Part shown: in pieces, positions 37,720-49,884 of the stretch
Position numbering within the stretch: position 1 is the first letter of the stretch
Layout of the letters: every line of letters begins with the position of its first letter
Assembly: GCF_018350175.1 (NCBI RefSeq)
Contig: NC_058368.1
Location: 127,598,001-127,662,000 of the forward strand
Direction of reading: 5' to 3'
DNA: 64,000 nucleotides
Source: Felis catus
Taxonomy: Eukaryota
Position numbers and translations under genes: made by a program
Notes under the pieces: generated by a model
The model's database searches: none
Told to the model about the DNA's origin: nothing
What the model saw: the letters and a program-made list of their open reading frames with translations, nothing else

Positions 37720-37925
37720 GTGAGTGATGATTACCTAGCTGTATGAGCTTGGACAAGGCCCTTAAACCCCATGCTCCAGTTTCTTGGGATTTGAAAGGGA
37801 TAATATTCATCTAGACCTCACTGGGTTGTTGGGAGGTTTACATGAGCTAGTAATACATGTAAAGCACGTGGACCAATGCCTGACACATAGTCAGTGCTCA
37901 ATAAACACTAGCAATTGTCATTACT
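37720..37925 (+). mobile_element. MIR
   Basis: ttacctagctgtatgagcttggacaagg...gggttgttgggagg...catgtaaagcac...atgcctgacacatagtcagtgctcaataaa. Confidence 0.85.
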
Positions 37926-39201
37926 ACCATTACTACTGATGTCTTTACTACGATAACAACTACTGCTATTATTATTAGAAAGCCAGAGACAGAATATTAG
38001 AAAAGAAATTCCAGCAATGGTATCCTTCAATTACATTTTCTCTGAGCATTCTAGCTTGGACAGTCTCTGGGAAATTAACTTTGCCTGTCTCTCCCAGCTC
38101 CACCAGAGGGACAAAACCAGTGATTAAGCACCATCTTTTGTGAACTGGGAAAGCCCTCAGTGACAAAGACTTTCTCTGGATGGAACCAATTATTTCTGCT
38201 CATAGATGCCAGAACATTCCTGGGAAGCTGTTCTGGATATCTCACTCATAGGTCAGGGTGTGGTAAAACATCTTTTCTAGAACCAAAAACTGTCAGCAAG
38301 ATGAATATGCTCCTTCAGCTGTCCTTGAGGAAGAGCAAGAGAAAGAAGATGGGGGAAAAACGAGCAAGAAATAAGAAAGTTAGGAGTGGGGATAGAGAAA
38401 GAAGTGAAAAGAAAGAGGTGAATGTGAGGAGACTGTAAGGGATGTTGGGAATTTACTGTTGGCTCCATTGTTGACACAAGCAATAAAAAATGGAACTGGA
38501 GAATGTGGTTATACAGGTAGACATTGTCCACTTGGATCCATATTTGTCTCATATTGGTAGGTTCTTAAAGAAATTGCTTTGTATGAAGTTTGAGTGCATT
38601 AAAATGAGTAAATAATATTGATAACTGTTTTCATCCAGACTTCACTTTTATGAAGGCATTTTTACAATTACATAAAGTGAAGTGAAATTTTTTTGAACCT
38701 GCCAGATTATAAGTTTCCTAAGGGCAGAATCTGTGCATGTGGGTTTCTTTTGATAATTTTCTTTTTCATACCAGTTTAAAATTGAGTATAAGTGTGATCA
38801 ATAGGTGACTCTCCAGCAGTTCTCTGGCAGCTTTTTGCATGTTTTTTTTTTCCAAAGGACTCCAAATCCACTAGTTCTAGAGGTTTCTGGTTAATTCGCT
38901 CTATTCCAGAAAACTATTTTATTTTTAATATACTATCATCAGAATTTTCTACACCACCAGGCTGCGTACCAAACAGGTCTATTATCCATCAATACTGGCT
39001 TTTATTCTTACATTTTAGACTTGTTCTCTTTGATTTTTTATACTATCCTCTGAAATCCAGGTGATCTAACATCCCTTTATTTTGTTTTGGGGAAGAAATT
39101 ATCATGTTAGGCACTAGGTAGGACTATAAAATCTTTCTCACTAATGATGATTACACTGCAAGTCAAAGGAAAATCTGACAGGGAAGAAAAGGTTTATTTT
39201 T

Positions 39202-39401
39202 ATTTTTTTTTAATGTTTATATATTTTTGACAGAGAGAGCATGAGTGGGGGAGGAGCAGAGACAGAGACACAGAATCCAAAGCAAGCTCCAGGCTCTGCA
39301 CTGTCAGCACAGAGCCCAACCAGGGCTCGAACACATGAACCGTGAGATCATGACCCAAGCCAAAGTCAGACGCTTAACAGACTGAGCCACCCAAGCACCC
39401 C
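39202..39401 (-). mobile_element. CAN-SINE
   Basis: Head, GA tract and T tail. Confidence 0.93.
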
Positions 39402-39958
39402 AAAAAGATTATTTTTAAGTGAGGTCTTTAGCAAGACTATCTGGACAGTAGCTTAGCTTCTGTAACTATGAAATTAGGGTGGGAGAGGAGGGGGTAAAAA
39501 AAGAATCAGGAATTAGAAAGTCTTAAGGCAAATGAATGCAAATCAGAACTGTAGCAGAATGTGTTGATTTCTCTCTGAGGCAATTTCCCTACAGGCAACC
39601 AACAGTGGTATTTTACAACAACCATTAGATTTACAATCAGAAGACATGTGTTCATTTTCTGATACTGCCAACAACTAGTGGTTTTACCTTTAATAGTCAT
39701 TTGACCTTGAACAGTCCCTTGGCCTGTCAGATTGGCAATGATCTTGTATGAAAAATGACAAGGATGCCTGCATCTCACAGGGGATAGTAAGGGTGCTGTT
39801 GGCTGGTGCTTTGTGAACAGTGGATTAATATTTATATAGTATTTATATAATTATAATTAATGTTTTCCAGTGTTTTTATCTGTATTTCATGTTCTGGCCT
39901 TTTCCCATTTTCTAACCTCTCCAGGGCATTATTACTATTTCTTAGTGTGTGTACCTTT

Positions 39959-40172
39959 TTTTTTTTTTAATATTTATTTATTTTTGAGAGAGAGGGAGAG
40001 ACAGACCATGAGTAGGGGAGGGGAGAGAGAGAGAGAGGGGGAGACACAGAATCCAAAGCAGGCTCCAGGCTCTGAACTGTCAGCAAAGAGCCCAATGAGG
40101 GGCTCAAACTCAGGAACCATGAGATCATGACCTGAGCCGAAGTCACTTAACCGACTGAACCACCCAGGCTCC
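39959..40172 (-). mobile_element. CAN-SINE
   Basis: 19-bp TSD tcttagt(g/a)tgtgtaccttt at 39940-39958 and 40173-40191. Confidence 0.95.
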
Positions 40173-41309
40173 TCTTAGTATGTGTACCTTTGACCCTTTG
40201 CCCACTTCTGTCATTTATTATCTATTGGCTCATTTATTCAGTTATTACTGAGGGCTGCTACTAGATGCATAAATAAATGTTCTCCACAGGGGATCCTCAA
40301 ATGATTACATGTCAACTCTCACAAGGATAATGTTTTTCTGAACTTCAGACGCCTCTTCTCCCATTATCCTTGCATTTCTGCCCTATTCTTGATGCTGAGT
40401 GGAAGGAAACTATCTGGATGGTATATGTAGAAGGAATCCAATGGAGCTTGTTAAGGGCAATCTTGGTTTCTAAGTAGGAAGTTACAAGAAACCCTCTTAC
40501 TTCACTTTTAGATGGGTCTCTTGTGTTTTCTGAGGAGTAATCATGTGACCAGCTAGCAATCAAGGGTATCAGTAGAAAACGTTTTCCTTCCTCTGAAAGG
40601 AATATGTAGAAAGAGTCTTAATGGGGCATTTTAATTCTTTTTATAAAAAATAAAAATCATTCTCAAGGTTTTTTTCCTCCTGGCTCAGTAATACTCACCT
40701 CCCATTGTATATCTATACCTTATTCAAGGGATTAATATTGAAATACTAAGTTTAAATTTGTGTTTAATGTCTCAGTGAGAACTGACTACTTTTACAATCG
40801 GTTAGAGCTTGTAGTAATTTATAAAATATGCTAAAAACATCTAAGAGGCATTTTCCAGTAGTGAATCTGATTTTTAGCAAAGGAAGTAAATAAAAATTAG
40901 TGTTTGGCCACAATACAAAATTTAAGAGGGAAATGACATGATTAACTCTCATATCATATTAAGTCAGTTATTGATGCTTAAAAGGATAACTCCATTTTGA
41001 AGCCATCATGGCTTGTTTATATATTTATTAAAAATTCTTACATTTTAAGCAAGTCACCTGTTTATATATTTGTATATAATCAATATTATATATTTTTATT
41101 AAATTTATGGATTATCTCATTAAATTTGTTTTATTACTAAATATTTTTTGATCTGTACAATTTTGAAAAAGCAAATGAACATATACCAATATGATTATAT
41201 ACTTTAAAGTTTATTTACATTTCTGATAAGTTTTTGCCTTACAGTTTTAATTGCTATACTGTTTACCACACGTACATTTCAGGATAATTTTAATTTCACC
41301 AAATGTATC

Positions 41310-41502
41310 TAGGGGTATATTGGACAATGTTTAACAACTGGCTCAGGGGGAGGGGAGCCCTGATGTGTATCATTCGCCAGTTTCCATGGTGTAAATAATC
41401 ACACCATGGCCAATTTCAACATGATGTGACAGAACATGGGTTGGGAATAAATACTAACAACAGGCTCTTATAAGCCAGTACCAGTCAACTCCTGAACATT
41501 GG
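41310..41502. mobile_element. MER63A hAT-Blackjack MITE
   Basis: aatgtttaacaactggctc...gccctgatgtgta...tttccatggtgtaaataatcacaccatggccaatttcaa...ggctcttataagccagtac. Confidence 0.8.
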
Positions 41503-41527
41503 GGATTTTACTTTTTTCATCATTTCC

Positions 41528-41557
41528 TTTTTTTTTTTTTTTTTAATTTTAGAGAGA

Positions 41558-41592
<35 letters not shown>

Positions 41593-41623
41593 CGTGAGCA
41601 GGGAAGAGGGGCAGCGGGAGAGA

Positions 41624-41685
<62 letters not shown>

Positions 41686-41807
41686 CTTAAGCAGGCTCCA
41701 TGCTGACCCCGCCCCCCCAACCCAGGGCTCCACCCCATGACCCTAGAATCATGACCTGAGCCCAAATCAAGTCAGACGCTCAACCAAGTGAGCCACCCAG
41801 GTGCCCC
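41528..41807 (-). mobile_element. CAN-SINE with expanded (GA)n tracts
   Basis: Head at 41807, two long GA tracts and a T tail. Confidence 0.93.
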
Positions 41808-41809
41808 TT

Positions 41810-42270
41810 ATCATTTTCTTCTTTATCCTGTTGGTGTTTAAGCTTTATGTTCCATCTTATCTAATATCGTTACTTCTTCATTATTTTGGTTTACATTCAC
41901 TTTAGATGTCTTTGCCTATTTATTTCCAATCTATATAAATAAGTTTTAAGTAAGTTTCTATGATTTTAAAATGATTTGTGTGTGATTTGTTTTGGAGTGA
42001 TAAACTTTGTACTTGTTTTTTAATCCAATCTGATATTGAGCAGGAGAATTTAATCCATTCATATATAGCACAACATCATTTTTTTGTTATTTATATATTA
42101 TAGGAAAGGGTAAATATTGCTAAACTTCATAGTCAAAGAATTAGACATAGGGAAACACACTTTATGAATATCCAAGTAAAGACAGACAACATCCTCTATT
42201 GAAATAAACATGTTTTTATGATCTTGATAACTACTGCAACATATTTTCTACTTCTGTTTTGTATATTCCT
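41810..42270 (-). mobile_element. Old L1M fragment
   Basis: ttccatcttatctaatat...ttttggtttacatt...ttgttttttaatccaatctga...ggagaatttaatccattcatat. Confidence 0.55.
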
Positions 42271-43589
42271 TGCACATTCAAGTAGATAATAGGTAGATAG
42301 ATAGATAATAGATGGACCTCACTTTGAATTGAGAGTCATGATTTTGTATTACAGTTTTCAGTATACTAGACTAGGTTAGGTTTCATTTGTATCTTCTATC
42401 ACCTCTCCCTTTTCAAAAAAATATAGTGATATCTTAGATGTTAAAAAATAGAGCAGAATAGAGAGGAAAAGATAACACTGTGAATAAAATGCTGAGGTTT
42501 ATTTAGCATATTTAATAACGGAGCCAGTTTGCTGTTTGCAGGGTCGCTATTAAGTAGACTGATTTGCTGTCACCCCAACTCAAAGGCTCCTCCTCCAAAT
42601 AAGACATTTTGCGAGGACGACTGAAACCAGAGCTGGCTCTGGTGAGTGGAACGCAATCCATGCATAAGCACATAAGTGTGCCATCTGTTTCTGCTACAGG
42701 GCACAAGGCAGGCCTGGGGTGAAGGTTCCTCAATGACTGCTGGGCAGTTGCAAACAACACAGTCAAGGAACAGCAACTGTCTCAGACCATGGCCCTCTCG
42801 CAGTGTTCTCAAGGTCTGGAAGTGCCTGTACAACAGAACACACAAAAGACTCTTTCCTCAGCTGGTGATGGACTACTGAAATCCTGGCTCTGCTACAGAT
42901 GTTTCCTAATGGTTTTGCCATCTAAAACAGTCCCACCTTGCGTTTGTAGAATGGACAACCGTCCTTACAAATCAGTGTCTTCAATGAAGCATGCTGTGAT
43001 TTTCTTTACCTCTAAACCTGCTGTGATTTCCATGCTTCTAGAAACGGAAGCGTCCTCAGAGAGGCACTGCACAATGCCTTGGCAGTTATCAGCTCAGGCC
43101 TCTCAGAGCTTTCCAAGAGAGTTTCATTTGTCAGCTAAGACTAATAAAATCCGACTCTTCTCTCTTGTGTCCCTGTTTAATGCCTTCCTGTATAATTCTC
43201 TAACGTAGATTCTAGCCACTGGCCGATAAGGCAATTCCTCCCGCTTTTATGATTTCCTGCTTATATTGCTGCCTTTTTTCTCATTCTTTGAAAAACAACA
43301 TGAACAATGATGCTTTTATCTCCAACTACGTACAAAAAGCAAGAATAAAGAAAAGGAAAGAGGTTTGTTCTGCAAAGCTTTAGCTGAGAGGAGCCGCCCA
43401 GTTTGTGGCTTCTCATTTTCCCCAAAGGCCCCTTTTAAAAGCCTTAAGCAGCCTCTTGAACTCCTGTCCACCATGCAACACTAGAAATTTCTATACATAT
43501 TTTTCTGACCCTACATTATGACCGTGTTATTTATTTTCATTCCAGGAAGGAGTAACATTAGCAACTTTTGGGTAGAAATGTTGGAAGCT

Positions 43590-44960
43590 TAAGGTTGTCT
43601 AAGTTGTCTCTTAAGTTTATGTCTCGCTCTGATTTCTGCACTAAACTCCAAAGTTCGACAGGCTAACTTAACTTTCTAAAGGAATCTGTCTTAACATGGG
43701 CAAAACAGAATACCTATCCCCCCGATCTGTTCTTAATTCCTCCGTCTGGGTAAATGGCAACACCACTTTTACCTCAAGCCAGAAACCCAGGAGTAATCCT
43801 CATCTATCTCTATCCTTCCCTTCCCTTGTCCAAACCATCAGCAAGATTCTGAAAGCTGGAAGGCAAAGGGGTGTTTTGAATATCTGTCTGCTTTTTGGCA
43901 TCACCTCTGCTACTGGACCTCTACTCTGAGAGCTGCCAAAATCTTTTGCCAGCACTAGAGAAATGGACTCTAGCCTTCCTGCTACCCTTCTTGCCCATTT
44001 GCATATGATCCTCCTTGAAGCAGATAGAGAGGTCCTTCTAAAAATGTAAATCAGTTCACATCATTCTGCCAAGAACTCTTCTGTGGTTTCCCACTGCACT
44101 TCAAATACAGCCCATCTCATTTCCAGATCTGTCAGGAACTGGCCTCCACCTACCTTTCTGACCTCATCTCATACCACTCACTCTCTGGCTCATTACTATT
44201 TAACCTCACTGGGTATCTGTTTTTTTGAAGATGGGACCTTTATTTCTCTACCTAGAATGCTGCCCTTCCCATACAAATTCAGCTGGCTGCTTTCTGCATA
44301 CCACCCACATGCCAGTAAAAATTGGTTTTCAGAAAAGCCTTCCGTAGTTGACTGATTTAATGCAGGGTCTGCTATTCTCCATTGCATCATCCAGATTTAT
44401 TTTCTTCATAGCACTGATCACAATGAGAAATCATCTTGTTCATTTATTTGTGAGGCAGTTTATTTTTTCACTCCTTTCTTTTGAGTGAGAGCACCACTGT
44501 ATAAGAATGGTTCAAATGAACCACCTATGCAAGTATAAAATTTTTAGTAGCTACAGGAAAAAAAGCAAAACATATCTGTTTAATGTTATATTTTACTTAA
44601 CCGAATACAACCCAATGCAACCCGAACTCGGCTAGCCTAATACAACCCAAATGTTAGCATTTCAACATATAATCAATATTAAAAATTATTAGTGGGACAT
44701 TTTACATTCTACTCTTTCATACAAAGTCTTTGAAATCTATTGTGAACATTCCGTTTCTAGAACATTTCTATTAGAACTATTTCAAGGGCTCAACAGCCGA
44801 ACGTGACTGGTGGTGACTGTACTGGAAAGCTCAGCTCTAGAATATAAGCTCTGTGTGAGCGGGGAACATGCCAGTTGTGTTAATTGCTGGACTCCTTGTA
44901 TTGACAAGAAATAATTGTTCCTGACACATAGTACGCACTCAAGAAATATTTCATGGGTGA
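43590..44960 (+). mobile_element. L2 (interrupted by MER33)
   Basis: gtaaatggcaacaccac...tcaagccagaaacccaggagtaatcct...ttctaaaaatgtaaatcag...tttattttcttcatagcactgatcaca...tagaatataagctctgtg...cctgacacatagtacgcactcaagaaatattt. Confidence 0.8.
44490..44834. mobile_element. MER33 hAT-Charlie MITE
   Basis: aaatttttagtagctaca...atattttacttaacc...atttcaacatataatcaatattaaaaattatt...aagtctttgaaatc...tttcaagggctcaacagcc...gtgactggtggtgactgtactgga. Confidence 0.8.
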
Positions 44961-45579
44961 GAGAATTGCTAAAAGAGTTCTGAGATCTCAGTGGACTTCT
45001 TCAATAAATATTGAATATGTAATTTTAATGTCTAATTTCAGGGTTTAAAGTGTTTTAAATAAATCAATTATTTCTACTGACCTAAAAGAAAAAAAGGACT
45101 GATTCAAGAATGTAAGTAGAGATTTGTGGGATTTTTTTTTCTTTTGTAGTCTACATTTTCTCTATGTTGTTTCTTAGCTCTCCCTTGGCACTAATAAGCC
45201 TTAAATGAAATGCCCTTTCTCAGCTCATCTCTCTAGAATATTCTACTCATGCTTCACATCTCAGCTTAAATTCTCACTACAAGTATTCCCAAGACATCCC
45301 TGAACACACCTTTATTTGGGATCTCACTATACTTTGGAATAGTGCTCTGATACAACATTAAACTTCTCAAAAGAGAAGTGTCCTACTTTGTCTTGATTTC
45401 TGTGACAAGACTTCTGATCCGACTCCTGGGTTCGTAACAGTAACATTTTAGACCACTCCATGGGAAGGCAATTAATTTGCCTAATGGGCCTTATGGAAAA
45501 AGTCTGATATACACTGATACATGTATGTTAATTGGGTGTAACTGATGGGTACCAACTTCCCTGAACTCAGAAAGAAAAG

Positions 45580-45644
45580 ACATGTGATTGGCTTCTCACA
45601 GATATCCACATGTGATTGGCTTCTCAAAGATATCCACAAGTGAT
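45580..45644. repeat. 28-bp tandem duplication (2.3 copies)
   Basis: acatgtgattggcttctca(c/a)agatatcc x2, then acaagtgat. Confidence 0.95.
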
Positions 45645-47484
45645 GCATTGATTAGAAAATGGCAAAAAGGCAAAACAATCAGACAAGGATCAAAATATAA
45701 TCTTTGCTGCTGATAAATCTGGATTGGATATTGTGAGCAAATGGTTAAAATCAACTCTGGGCTGACCTAGCCTGCCTGGGAGAACCGTCTCAGAGCCTGC
45801 CTTCCCAGAGTGCTCTTTTTTGCCTGGAAATGACAGAGTGAAAATAAATGTGGGAGGCTATATCTTCCTTGTCTGCTAATGGCACAGTACCTGGGCAGAG
45901 GAACTGTAGGTGGCATGGAGGACTGGGCTTCTGTAAGTGGAACAGTTTCTCAAAGTTACAGAGAAACAGAGAACAGAGCTTCCATGTGTTAAAGTGACCC
46001 CTGTGCACCTAGCTCTTGTCCATGGCAGCCATACATGCTCTATGAGGGAGCAAAAGAAGCTGTGTACTTTGGTGGGTACAGTACCCTCAAACGATATGAA
46101 GATGATTTACTTGATCTATCTCCTATCCTGTATCTTTTTATGAAGCTAAGCAAATATAGTACTAAGTGAAAATCCACTGTGATTTGTGAGTTTGACAACC
46201 TGAACCTGTAATAGTCACTATATCAGGGCAGAGACCAGCAGCCAGATTCAGGCTTTCGAATACTTGCTTTCAAGTGTTAGTCCTGAGACACAGCAGTTAG
46301 AGGGGGCTGCTTGCAGAGGGCACTTACTCATTTGTTGTACAATAAAACAAAGCTTCCCTCTCACACATCTGAAAGCCAGGAGAGTGAGGACAAAGAGAAC
46401 AAACCTGTGCTCAGGGCTTGGACCATCGGGGGCGGGGGGGAGGGGGGGCAGTCATGGGACTGAGAAATGAGAACACAGAGAACAAGATCACATGTGCCCT
46501 TGGTTTCTAATATACAACTTTACCCAACGGGAAGACTTGAACCAATGAATGTCAAATCCTTGTCATTTTACCAAACTGATAAGGCAATTTTTTTCCCAAG
46601 AAGTGGTTGTGACTCATGGGTGGAAACAATTTGTGTTTCCCTGATAGAAAAATACAAGAAATGAAACAAAGCATTGCTAACATTTTGCAAACACATCTCT
46701 CTCCAGCAGCCAGTTCACTCCTTAAAGTCCAGGCCTTTGCTCCCCCATGTGCTGCTCACAGCTATTGGCCAATTGCCAAGGACTCAAGGAATAATATCAC
46801 TGAATAAATGAACAAAAAATTAGTAACTATCCTAAATCCTCAACTTACACACTATACCAATACTTTTTTAAAAAAAGTTTTAGACTTCACCAAAGTTTAC
46901 AGTAGGGAGCCATGCAAAAACTACGTGTAATATGAGATTTATATTGCTTCATTCCTCTGAAGACCTCCAAGCTGTGTACATGAAAAACATTCATGTGAAA
47001 TTAATCTCATTCATGTTCTTACTGATCTCTAAAGTCAGAAACACACTCAGTATTGAAAAACTGAACATTCTGAAAAATTACCAAGTACCAAGAGGCTATT
47101 TCAATTCTTATAATTTCACACAAAAGCCAAATGCTTTGGGAATCATAAAGACCAGTTTCTTAAAGGCACTTAAGATGGAAGTCAATTCTAACCAAGGGAG
47201 TAGAGGCTTGGAAAATGGAAAATGGATAGAAAAGCCTGCTTTTTTTAACAGAAAAAGGAAAATAACCACAAGAGGAAAAACTACTGTCAAATTAGTAGCA
47301 AATACAAATAGACAATAGAGAAATTATTTGATTAACTTGACTGTTAGGACATCTAAGAGCTTTTCCTGACATGACACTTAGAAAAATACCATTTAACGGG
47401 TATTGTTTATAGGAATATCACAGATAGCAAGGAAGAAGATTGATGGAGATGAGCTTAAACAAACTATTCAACAGAGATTCTGAA

Positions 47485-47577
47485 CAATCCTGAAGTTATT
47501 AGGAGGGCTGAAGGAACTCCTGTGAGTGGTCATGGGCTTGGGTTAACTATGTGATATGCATAGGTTTGGTGGGTTAT
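47485..47577 (-). pseudogene. COX3: Cytochrome c oxidase subunit III 5' fragment (within NUMT)
   Basis: ATA ACC CAC CAA ACC TAT GCA TAT CAC ATA GTT AAC CCA AGC CCA TGA CCA CTC ACA GGA. It overlaps the ATP6 stop as TAATA (natively TAATG) and is truncated after about 31 codons. Confidence 0.93.
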
Positions 47578-48243
47578 TAGATAGATATAGACTTACTAAC
47601 AGGGTAAAGATGTAGGCTTGAATAAGGGCTGCAGGAAATTTGAGAGTTGTTAGTAAGACAAGAATAATGAAAGTAATAAGGGCAATAGAGGTGCTGATGC
47701 TTATTAAGGCTAGAGTAGCTTCCCCAAGTAAGTGAATTAACAGGTGACCTGCAGTGATTTTAGGTGTGAGGGGTATGGCGTGAGCTATTGGATGAAAAGG
47801 CTAATGGTTTCAATGACTAAAAGTATAGGCATTAGGGGAAGAGGTGTTCCCTGAGGTAGGAAGTGGGCTAAGGATGCTTTTGTCCTGTATCGGAACCCGG
47901 TGACCATGGTGCCGGCTCAGAGGGGAATGGCTATTCCCAGGTTTATTGATAATTGGGTGGTAGGTGTGAATGAGTGTGGTAATAGGCCTAATAAATTTGT
48001 TGAGCTGATGAATAGGATTAAGGATATTAATATTAGGGCTCAGGTTTGTCCTTCTTGGTTGTGGATGGCTAGTATTCGTTTTGATGTCAGGTGACCTAAT
48101 CATTGCTGTAATGAAATCAGATGGCTGTTGATTAGTCGATTAGGTGAGGGAAATAGAATGCTTGGGAATATAACAATTAGGATAACACAAGGTAGTCCGA
48201 TTTTCGTTAGGGTGATGAGAGAAGCGAATAGATTTTCGTCCAT
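47577..48243 (-). pseudogene. ATP6: ATP synthase F0 subunit 6 pseudogene (within NUMT)
   Basis: ATG at 48243. Motifs [51 protein letters not shown] and [14 protein letters not shown] are present, with TGA used as Trp. Length is 667 nt against the usual 681: an ~4-nt frameshift deletion near 47789 and an ~10-nt deletion just before the stop. Confidence 0.95.
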
Positions 48244-48349
48244 TTTTTTTTTTTTTTTTTCCCTCAGGGGTTAGGTTGTTTAGTGTTACTGCTGATTTGG
48301 GTTCTGGGTTTCGTGGGTATGAATGTTTTGAAATTTTTAGCTGGAATAG
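48201..48349 (-). pseudogene. ATP8: ATP synthase F0 subunit 8 3' fragment (within NUMT)
   Basis: CTATTCCAGCTAAAAATTTCAAAACATTCATACCCACGAAACCCAGAACCCAAATCA precedes the ATP6 start. 5'-truncated, with an expanded A-run. Confidence 0.85.
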
Positions 48350-49660
48350 TTTCAGAAAAACTAGAATGTTACTTGATCCAAGCTTTTTGGGATATGGTTA
48401 AGTCCCCATTCAGGTTTAAGATAAATTACCTGATTGGAACTTTGAACTTATGGTCAGATAAAACGTTTTGATAGCCTCTGTGCTTGAACTGATCTTTAGC
48501 CTTTTTTTCAAAAAAAAAAGGTCAGTTTCTACTGAGACAAGCCCAAGACACACTAGGTAAAAAGGTAAGGTGAGGTAAGCAACAGTAGTTAAGACTGGTC
48601 GCATATTCACCTGACTGAAAGCTAGACACCTGTCCTGTAAAAAAGACGAGGAATGGGTCAACAAATAAGGTAACTTATTGGCCTTATTTTCCCAATGCAT
48701 TCAATTACTCAGTTTTTGGTAAGAAAGACTTCATAAGAATGATTTCAGGATCTTTGAAGAAGTACTCTATTCCAGCAGACTGAAAGTGTTAAAATTATAG
48801 CATCATTAAACCATGCGTTTATCTAATCACCTGAGACTCAAATTAATCTTTAGTATTACTAAATTGCACTTTGAAGTTAAACTGCACAGCATATTGCTGA
48901 TTAATTTAGCCATCCAATATTTGTTTTACCCATTTCACAACTCCTTCTGACCCTTACTCATTTTTAGTGCCCAGAATAAATGCTAGTTTAGAAACAGAAA
49001 ATACTCATTAGGGAAAGAAGACACAGAAAGAACACCAGGGACAGAAGGAAAGGCAGGTCAGGGTTTGGTCTCATTCTAGGAGGTGGCAGGTACTTCTGAA
49101 GGGGCATTACAGAATTGAAGGGCAGCTGAATGGCCAAATAACTCAGTCTGAATTTGATCATCACAAGACGTTTAAATAATGTGGCTGAAAAATAATATCA
49201 TAAAAGCTCACTCTAAATTGTACATATTAAAAATACATTAAAATAAAAATTAGGCTCTTGGAACTATCTCTGCCATTTCCACTTGTATTAGGAGAGTTAA
49301 TTGAGGTCTTAATGTATCTGTTAACTTATTACTTTCAAATAATGTTTATAGAGATTAGAGGAAACTACATACTTTATGGAAAACCTAAATGCTTGAGGGT
49401 TGGCAGAAGTAAAAAAAAAATGGAAAGGAGGGGGGAAAGGAACAAAGGAAAGACAAAAATAATATGAGGCCAAATTAAAAAGAGAAAATGTGGTGAGTAG
49501 CTTTTTGAAGATCTAAAACACTTTCAAAATCTGAAAGAAAAGAGAGGGGGGAAAAAAGAATCTAGAAGTAGAGCAGAATGGAGCAGAAAAATACTAGCAT
49601 GAAAATATAAATCTAAAACCAAAACTTCCAGTGAAAGTAAAAGAAAATATTTTATTTCTA

Positions 49661-49884
49661 TTTTTAAAAATTTTTTTTTCAACGTTTTTATTTATTTTTG
49701 GGACAGAGAGAGACAGAGCATGAACGGGGGAGGGGCAGAGAGAGAGGGAGACACAGAATCGGAAACAGGCTCCAGGCTCTGAGCCATCAGCCCAGAGCCC
49801 GACGCGGGGCTCGAACTCACGGACCGCGAGATCGTGACCTGGCTGAAGTCGGACGCTTAACCGACTGCGCCACCCAGGCGCCCC
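49661..49884 (-). mobile_element. Young SINEC_Fc
   Basis: Essentially consensus with CpGs intact. TSD unclear. Confidence 0.97.

Larger units (their letters stand above)
47485..48349 (-). pseudogene. NUMT: nuclear copy of mtDNA spanning ATP8 (3' part)-ATP6-COX3 (5' part)
   Basis: The reverse complement, read in the vertebrate mitochondrial code, gives ATP8-like FQLKISKHSYPRNPEPKS, then ATP6 ([18 protein letters not shown]...), then COX3 ([19 protein letters not shown]) in native mtDNA order with native overlaps. It is flanked by nuclear AT-rich DNA. Confidence 0.97.

Noticed and set aside
42789..43208. Longest ORF in the window (139 aa); also 8232-8501, 46932-47318, 55523-55927 and 60918-61313
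   Set aside because: No recognisable domain, coding bias or consistent splice structure. Lengths are within chance for 64 kb over six frames, and some overlap old repeats.
47810..48103. 97-aa minus ORF (and 64-aa plus ORF 47900-48094) inside the NUMT
   Set aside because: These are alternative-frame or antisense readings of ATP6. The true ATP6 frame has TGA-Trp codons that are stops in the nuclear code.
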